A stretch of 64,000 nucleotides of DNA, from the NCBI RefSeq assembly GCF_009914755.1, contig NC_060934.1. One strand, written 5' to 3'. The DNA comes from the human T2T-CHM13v2.0 reference genome, Homo sapiens. A program made the translations under genes and the position numbers. Of the stretch, positions 56,401-64,000 are shown piece by piece. The notes under the pieces are model-generated. The model ran no database searches and had not been told where the DNA came from. It saw only the letters and a list, made by a program, of their open reading frames with translations. Each line of letters starts with the position of its first letter. Position 1 is the stretch's first letter.

Positions 56401-56520
56401 GGAATGTAATGGAATGAAATGGAATGTAATGGAATGAAATGGAATGTAATGGAATGAAATGGAATGTAATGGAATGAAATGGAATGTAATGGAATGAAAT
56501 GGAATGTAATGGAATGAAAT
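56401..56520 (+). repeat. Perfect 20-bp minisatellite (GGAATGTAATGGAATGAAAT)x6 inside HSat3
   Basis: Read directly: six identical 20-mers. The homologous site at 32037-32076 has two. Confidence 0.95.
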
Positions 56521-57009
56521 GGAATGGAATGGAATGCAATGGAATGGAGTGGAATGGAATAAACACCAGTGGAATGGAATGCAATGGAATGGAGGGGAAT
56601 GGAAAGAAATGGAATGGAATGGAATGGAATGGATTGGAATGGAGAGGAATGGAATGGAATGGAATGGAATGGATTGGAATCGAATGGAATGGGCTAGAAT
56701 GGAATGGAATGGAATTAAATCAACCCGATTGGAATGGAATTGAATGCAATGGAATGGAAGGGAATCAACAGGAAAGGAACGAAATGGAATCGAATGGAAT
56801 GGAATGGAATGGAATGGAATGGAATGGAAACCACCCGAGTCGAATGCAATGGAATGGAATGGAATGGAATGGAATCAACCCGGGTGAAATGGATTGGAAT
56901 GGAGTAGAACGGAATGGAACGGCATGCAACGCAATGGAATCAACTAGAATGGAATGGAATGGAATCGAACGGAATCAACCTGAGTGGAATGGAATGGAAT
57001 GGAATGAAT

Positions 57010-60000
57010 GGAATGGAATGGAACGGATACTAATGGAATGGAATGGAAAGGAAACAACCCGAGTGGAATGGAATGCAATGGAATGCAATGGGGAGGAGTG
57101 GAATGGAATGGAATGGAATGGAATGGAATGGAATTCAATATAATGGAAACAAACCGAGTGGAATGTAATGGAATGGAAAGGACTGCAATGTAATGGAATG
57201 GATTGGAATCAACCCGATTCCAATGCAAACGAATGGAATGGAATGGAATGGAAGGGAAGGGAATGGAATGGAATGGAAAGGAATGGAATGAACTGGAATG
57301 GAATGGGATGGAAGTTAATGGAATGGAATGGAATGGAATGGAATGGAATCAACACGAGTGGAGTGGAATGGAATGGAATGGAATGGAATGGCATGTAATA
57401 AACACGATTGGAATGGAATGGAATGGAATGGAATGGAATGGAATGGAAAGGAATTGAATAGAATGTAATGGAATCAACACGAGTGGAAAGGAATGGAATG
57501 GAAAGGAATGGAATGGAAAGGAAAGAATGGAATGCAATAGAATGCAATGGTATGGAATGGAGGCAACCCGAGTGGAATGGAATGACATGGAATGGAATGG
57601 AATGGAATGGAATGGAATGGAATCTACCCAATTGGAATGGAATGGAATGGAATGGAATAGAATGGAATGGAATGGAATGGCATGTAATAAACAGGATTGG
57701 AATGGAATGGAATGGAATGCAATTTAAAGGAATGGAATAGAATGTAATGGAATCCACTCGAGTGGAAAGGAATGGAATGGAAAGGAATGGAATGGAAAGG
57801 AAAGAATGGAATGCAATAGAATGCAATGGTATGGAATGGAGTCAACCCGAGTGGAATGGAATGGAATGGAATGGAATGAAATGGAATGGAATGGAATGCA
57901 ATGGAATGGAGTGGAATGGAATAAACAGCAGTGGAATGGAAGGGAATGGAAGGGAATGGAATGGACAGGAATGGAATGGAATGGAATGGAATGGAGTGCA
58001 ATGGAATAATCAACAAAGGAATGGAATGCAATGGAAGAGAGTGGAATGGAATAAACACCAGTGGAATGGAATGGAATGGAATGGAATGGAATGGAATGGA
58101 ATGGAATGGAATGCAACGGAATGGAGTGGAATGGAATGGAAGGGAATGGAATGGAATGGACAGGAATGGAATGGAATGGAATGGAATCAACCAGATTGGA
58201 ATGGAATGGAATCAACTGGAAAGGAATGAAATGGAATGGAATGGAATGCAATGGATTGGAATGGAATGGAATCAACGCGAGTGGAATGCAATGGAATGGC
58301 ATGGAATGGAATGGAATCAACCCGAGTGGAATGGATTGGAGTCGAGTGAAATGGAATGGAACAGCATGGAATGCAATGGAATCAACTAGAATGGAATGGA
58401 ATGGAATGGATTGGAATGGAATCGAACGGAATCAACCTGAATGGAATGGAATGGAATGGAATGAAATGAATGGAATGGAATGGAATGGATACTAATGCAA
58501 TGGAATGGAAAGGAAAGAACCCGAGGGGAATGGAATGCAATGGAATGCAATGGAATGCAATGGAATGGAATGGAATGGAATGGAATGGAATTCAATGTAA
58601 TGGAAACAAACCGAGTGGAATGTAGTGGAATGGAAAGGACTGGAATGAGATGGAATGTACTGGAATCAACCCGATTCCAATGCAACGGAATGGAAAGGAA
58701 TGGAATAGAATGGAATGGAATGGAAGGGAATGGAAAGGAATGGAAAGGAATGGAATGACCTGGAGTGGAATGGAATGGAATGGAATTTAATGGAATGGAA
58801 TGGAACGCAATTGAATCAACACGAGTGGAGTGGAATGGAATGGAATGGAAATGAATGGAATGGAATGGAATGGAACGGAACGGAATGCAATGAACCCGAG
58901 TGAAATGGAATGGAATGGAATGGAATGGAATCATCCCGGGTGGAATGGAATGGAATAGAATGGAATAAACACGAGTGGAATGGAATGGAATGGAATGGAA
59001 TGGAAAGGAATGGACTGGAATGGAATGGAAAGGAAAGGAATTTAATGCAATGGTGTGTAATGGAGTCAACCTGAGTGGAATGGAATGGAACGGAATGGAA
59101 TGGAATGGAATGGAATGAAATGGAATGGAATGGAATGGAATGCAATGGAATGGAGTGGAACGGAATAAAAAACAGTGGAAGGGAATGCAATGGAATAGAG
59201 TGGAATGGAATAAACACCAGTGGAATGGAATGGAAAGGAATGGAATTTACAGGAATGGATTGGAATGGAATGGAATGGAATGAAAAGGACTAGAATGGAA
59301 TGGAATGGAATGGAATGAAATGAACCCGATAGGAATGGAATGGAATGCAATGGAATGGAATGGAATCAACTGGAAAGGAATCAAAGGGAATGGAATGGAA
59401 TGGAATGGAATGGAATGGAATGGAATGGAAAGGAATGGAATGGAATGAAATGGAATGGAATAGACTGGAATACAATCACCTCGATTGGAAAGGAATGTAA
59501 TGGAAAGGAATGGAATGGAAAGGAAAGGAATGGAATGCAATGGTATGGAATGGAGTCAACCCGAGTGGAATGGAATGCAATGTAATGGAATGAAATAGAA
59601 TGGAATGGAATGAAATTGAATGGAATGGAATACAATGGAATGGAGTGGAATGGAATAAACACCAGTGGAATGGAATGCAATGGAATGCAGTGGAATGGAA
59701 ATAAATGGAATGGAATGGAATGGAATGGAATGGAATGGAATGGAATAGAATGGAATGGAATGGAATTAAATCAACCCGATTGGAATGGAATGGAATGCAA
59801 TGGAATGGAATGGAATCAACTGCAAAGGAACGAAATGGAATGGAATGGAATGAATGGAATGGAATGGAATGGAATGTAATCCACCCGAGTCGAATGCAAT
59901 GGAACGGGAAAGAATGGAATGGAATCAACCCGGGTGGAATGGATTGGAATGGAGTAGAAGGGAATGGAACAGCATGCAATGCAATGGAATCAAGTAGAAT

Positions 60001-63000
60001 GGATTGGAATGGAATCGAACGGAATCAACCTGAGTGGAATGGAATGGAATGGAATGGAACGGATACTAATGGAATGGAATGGAAAGGAAACAACCCGAGT
60101 GGAATGGAATGCAATGGAATGCAATGGGGAGGAGTGGAATGGAATGGAATGGAATGGAATGGAATGGAATTCAATATAATGGAAACAAACCGAGTGGAAT
60201 GTAATGGAATGGAAAGGACTGCAATGTAATGGAATGGATTGGAATCAACCCGATTCCAATGCAAACGAATGGAATGGAATGGAATGGAAGGGAAGGGAAT
60301 GGAATGGAATGGAAAGGAATGGAATGAACTGGAATGGAATGGGATGGAAGTTAATGGAATGGAATGGAATGGAATGGAATGGAATCAACACGAGTGGAGT
60401 GGAATGGAATGGAATGGAATGGAATGGCATGTAATAAACACGATTGGAATGGAATGGAATGGAATGGAATGGAATGGAATGGAATGGAAAGGAATTGAAT
60501 AGAATGTAATGGAATCAACACGAGTGGAAAGGAATGGAATGGAAAGGAATGGAATGGAAAGGAAAGAATGGAATGCAATAGAATGCAATGGTATGGAATG
60601 GAGGCAACCCGAGTGGAATGGAATGACATGGAATGGAATGGAATGGAATGGAATGGAATGGAATCTACCCAATTGGAATGGAATGGAATGGAATGGAATA
60701 GAATGGAATGGAATGGAATGGCATGTAATAAACAGGATTGGAATGGAATGGAATGGAATGCAATTTAAAGGAATGGAATAGAATGTAATGGAATCCACTC
60801 GAGTGGAAAGGAATGGAATGGAAAGGAATGGAATGGAAAGGAAAGAATGGAATGCAATAGAATGCAATGGTATGGAATGGAGTCAACCCGAGTGGAATGG
60901 AATGGAATGGAATGGAATGAAATGGAATGGAATGGAATGCAATGGAATGGAGTGGAATGGAATAAACAGCAGTGGAATGGAAGGGAATGGAAGGGAATGG
61001 AATGGACAGGAATGGAATGGAATGGAATGGAATGGAGTGCAATGGAATAATCAACAAAGGAATGGAATGCAATGGAAGAGAGTGGAATGGAATAAACACC
61101 AGTGGAATGGAATGGAATGGAATGGAATGGAATGGAATGGAATGGAATGGAATGCAACGGAATGGAGTGGAATGGAATGGAAGGGAATGGAATGGAATGG
61201 ACAGGAATGGAATGGAATGGAATGGAATCAACCAGATTGGAATGGAATGGAATCAACTGGAAAGGAATGAAATGGAATGGAATGGAATGCAATGGATTGG
61301 AATGGAATGGAATCAACGCGAGTGGAATGCAATGGAATGGCATGGAATGGAATGGAATCAACCCGAGTGGAATGGATTGGAGTCGAGTGAAATGGAATGG
61401 AACAGCATGGAATGCAATGGAATCAACTAGAATGGAATGGAATGGAATGGATTGGAATGGAATCGAACGGAATCAACCTGAATGGAATGGAATGGAATGG
61501 AATGAAATGAATGGAATGGAATGGAATGGATACTAATGCAATGGAATGGAAAGGAAAGAACCCGAGGGGAATGGAATGCAATGGAATGCAATGGAATGCA
61601 ATGGAATGGAATGGAATGGAATGGAATGGAATTCAATGTAATGGAAACAAACCGAGTGGAATGTAGTGGAATGGAAAGGACTGGAATGAGATGGAATGTA
61701 CTGGAATCAACCCGATTCCAATGCAACGGAATGGAAAGGAATGGAATAGAATGGAATGGAATGGAAGGGAATGGAAAGGAATGGAAAGGAATGGAATGAC
61801 CTGGAGTGGAATGGAATGGAATGGAATTTAATGGAATGGAATGGAACGCAATTGAATCAACACGAGTGGAGTGGAATGGAATGGAATGGAAATGAATGGA
61901 ATGGAATGGAATGGAACGGAACGGAATGCAATGAACCCGAGTGAAATGGAATGGAATGGAATGGAATGGAATCATCCCGGGTGGAATGGAATGGAATAGA
62001 ATGGAATAAACACGAGTGGAATGGAATGGAATGGAATGGAATGGAAAGGAATGGACTGGAATGGAATGGAAAGGAAAGGAATTTAATGCAATGGTGTGTA
62101 ATGGAGTCAACCTGAGTGGAATGGAATGGAACGGAATGGAATGGAATGGAATGGAATGAAATGGAATGGAATGGAATGGAATGCAATGGAATGGAGTGGA
62201 ACGGAATAAAAAACAGTGGAAGGGAATGCAATGGAATAGAGTGGAATGGAATAAACACCAGTGGAATGGAATGGAAAGGAATGGAATTTACAGGAATGGA
62301 TTGGAATGGAATGGAATGGAATGAAAAGGACTAGAATGGAATGGAATGGAATGGAATGAAATGAACCCGATAGGAATGGAATGGAATGCAATGGAATGGA
62401 ATGGAATCAACTGGAAAGGAATCAAAGGGAATGGAATGGAATGGAATGGAATGGAATGGAATGGAATGGAAAGGAATGGAATGGAATGAAATGGAATGGA
62501 ATAGACTGGAATACAATCAACTCGATTGGAAAGGAATGTAATGGAAAGGAATGGAATGGAAAGGAAAGGAATGGAATGCAATGGTATGGAATGGAGTCAA
62601 CCCGAGTGGAATGGAATGCAATGTAATGGAATGAAATAGAATGGAATGGAATGAAATTGAATGGAATGGAATACAATGGAATGGAGTGGAATGGAATAAA
62701 CACCAGTGGAATGGAATGCAATGGAATGCAGTGGAATGGAAAGAAATGGAATGGAATGGAATGGAATGGAATGGAATGGAATGGAATAGAATGGAATGGA
62801 ATGGAATTAAATCAACCCGATTGGAATGGAATGGAATGCAATGGAATGGAATGGAATCAACTGCAAAGGAACGAAATGGAATGGAATGGAATGAATGGAA
62901 TGGAATGGAATGGAATGTAATCCACCCGAGTCGAATGCAATGGAACGGGAAAGAATGGAATGGAATCAACCCGGGTGGAATGGATTGGAATGGAGTAGAA

Positions 63001-64000
63001 GGGAATGGAACAGCATGCAATGCAATGGAATCAAGTAGAATGGATTGGAATGGAATCGAACGGAATCAACCTGAGTGGAATGGAATGGAATGGAATGGAA
63101 CGGATACTAATGGAATGGAATGGAAAGGAAACAACCCGAGTGGAATGGAATGCAATGGAATGCAATGGGGAGGAGTGGAATGGAATGGAATGGAATGGAA
63201 TGGAATGGAATTCAATATAATGGAAACAAACCGAGTGGAATGTAATGGAATGGAAAGGACTGCAATGTAATGGAATGGATTGGAATCAACCCGATTCCAA
63301 TGCAAACGAATGGAATGGAATGGAATGGAAGGGAAGGGAATGGAATGGAATGGAAAGGAATGGAATGAACTGGAATGGAATGGGATGGAAGTTAATGGAA
63401 TGGAATGGAATGGAATGGAATGGAATCAACACGAGTGGAGTGGAATGGAATGGAATGGAATGGAATGGCATGTAATAAACACGATTGGAATGGAATGGAA
63501 TGGAATGGAATGGAATGGAATGGAATGGAAAGGAATTGAATAGAATGTAATGGAATCAACACGAGTGGAAAGGAATGGAATGGAAAGGAATGGAATGGAA
63601 AGGAAAGAATGGAATGCAATAGAATGCAATGGTATGGAATGGAGGCAACCCGAGTGGAATGGAATGACATGGAATGGAATGGAATGGAATGGAATGGAAT
63701 GGAATCTACCCAATTGGAATGGAATGGAATGGAATGGAATAGAATGGAATGGAATGGAATGGCATGTAATAAACAGGATTGGAATGGAATGGAATGGAAT
63801 GCAATTTAAAGGAATGGAATAGAATGTAATGGAATCCACTCGAGTGGAAAGGAATGGAATGGAAAGGAATGGAATGGAAAGGAAAGAATGGAATGCAATA
63901 GAATGCAATGGTATGGAATGGAGTCAACCCGAGTGGAATGGAATGGAATGGAATGGAATGAAATGGAATGGAATGGAATGCAATGGAATGGAGTGGAATG
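57010..64000 (+). repeat. 3,041-bp tandem higher-order repeat, ~2.3 copies visible (about 57010-60050, 60051-63091, 63092-end)
   Basis: Identical ORF translations at offset 3041 (57468/60509/63550, 57747/60788, 58386/61427, 59075/62116, 60204/63245). Markers GGGGAGGAGTGG and GGAGGCAACCCG appear once per unit. Confidence 0.96.

Larger units (their letters stand above)
34670..57980 (+). repeat. ~18.3-kb-offset diverged duplication, copy B (lengthened by an internal ~6.1-kb tandem duplication)
   Basis: Same order of diagnostic variants as 16190-33630, with many more substitutions and indels than the 13-kb pair. The offset jumps from ~17.7-18.5 kb to ~24.3-24.4 kb at ~49.1 kb. Confidence 0.88.
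1..64000 (+). repeat. Human/hominid satellite 3 (HSat3, SatIII) array, (GGAAT)n / (CATTC)n, typical of pericentromeric or acrocentric heterochromatin
   Basis: Every line is GGAAT or a 1-2 nt variant (GCAAT, GGAAA, GGAGT, GAAAT, GTAAT, AGAAT, GGAAC, GGATT), with long pure GGAAT runs and the recurrent spacer ATCAACCCGAGT (e.g. 874-885, 1607-1618). Pure pentamer runs plus CAACCCGAGT is the established HSat3 signature. The purine-rich strand is + throughout. Confidence 0.97.

Noticed and set aside
57085-57105. G-rich spots (GGGGAGGAGTGG) as G-quadruplex candidates
   Set aside because: No four runs of three or more G in proximity. Any non-B structure would be the generic GGAAT G-A-pair fold-back, which is not locus-specific.
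166-63927. Hundreds of 60-361 aa ORFs on both strands (e.g. 43289-44374, 54012-55061, 50626-51660, 33442-34176)
   Set aside because: They are low-complexity MEWNG/FHSIP translations that overlap in all frames. Frames change between near-identical copies through 5-nt slips, and there are no recognisable domains. Expected by chance in a stop-poor satellite.
1-64000. CRISPR-like repeat/spacer pattern formed by recurring CAACCCGAGT
   Set aside because: The recurring element is only 10 bp and irregularly spaced, the intervening DNA is GGAAT repeat rather than unique spacers, and there is no leader or cas gene.
1-64000. HSat2, alpha satellite or telomeric repeat
   Set aside because: No (CATTCGATTC)-type HSat2 pattern with GATGAT interruptions, no 171-bp monomer or CENP-B box, and no TTAGGG arrays.
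1-64000. Alu/L1/other insertion or a strand inversion
   Set aside because: No non-satellite stretch was seen and no switch to CATTC on +. The longest A runs (~2344, ~9786, ~15319, ~22781, ~40909) are 7-8 nt variants within paralogous modules, not poly(A) tails.
1-64000. Assignment to a specific locus (DYZ1, D15Z1, 9q12, acrocentric arms) or species
   Set aside because: No regular 3.6-kb or 1.8-kb period is seen. Assignment needs k-mer or alignment comparison, which I cannot run.

Overview
The whole 64 kb window is one uninterrupted array of classical primate satellite 3 (HSat3/SatIII): degenerate (GGAAT)n on the + strand, punctuated by 10-bp spacers of the CAACCCGAGT family. I see no genes, RNA genes, transposon insertions, inversions or CRISPR arrays. 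All listed ORFs are artefacts of a stop-free pentamer, giving (MEWNG)n on + and (FHSIP)n on -. I found no credible previously undescribed biological system. What can be read from the sequence is a nested duplication history, traced by eye using diagnostic variants and ORF-track offsets: (1) an old ~180-bp landmark module recurring about 32-34 times, 0.6-4.3 kb apart; (2) an old ~7-kb-offset duplication; (3) an ~18.3-kb-offset duplication (16.2-33.6 kb vs 34.7-58.0 kb) whose second copy contains a ~6.1-kb tandem duplication with a 59-bp homology junction; (4) a very recent near-identical ~12.98-kb tandem duplication (1-10.6 kb = 12.97-23.6 kb); (5) a very recent 3,041-bp tandem higher-order repeat starting near 57.0 kb and running off the window. 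Boundaries are approximate. Species, chromosome and subfamily cannot be assigned without a database search.
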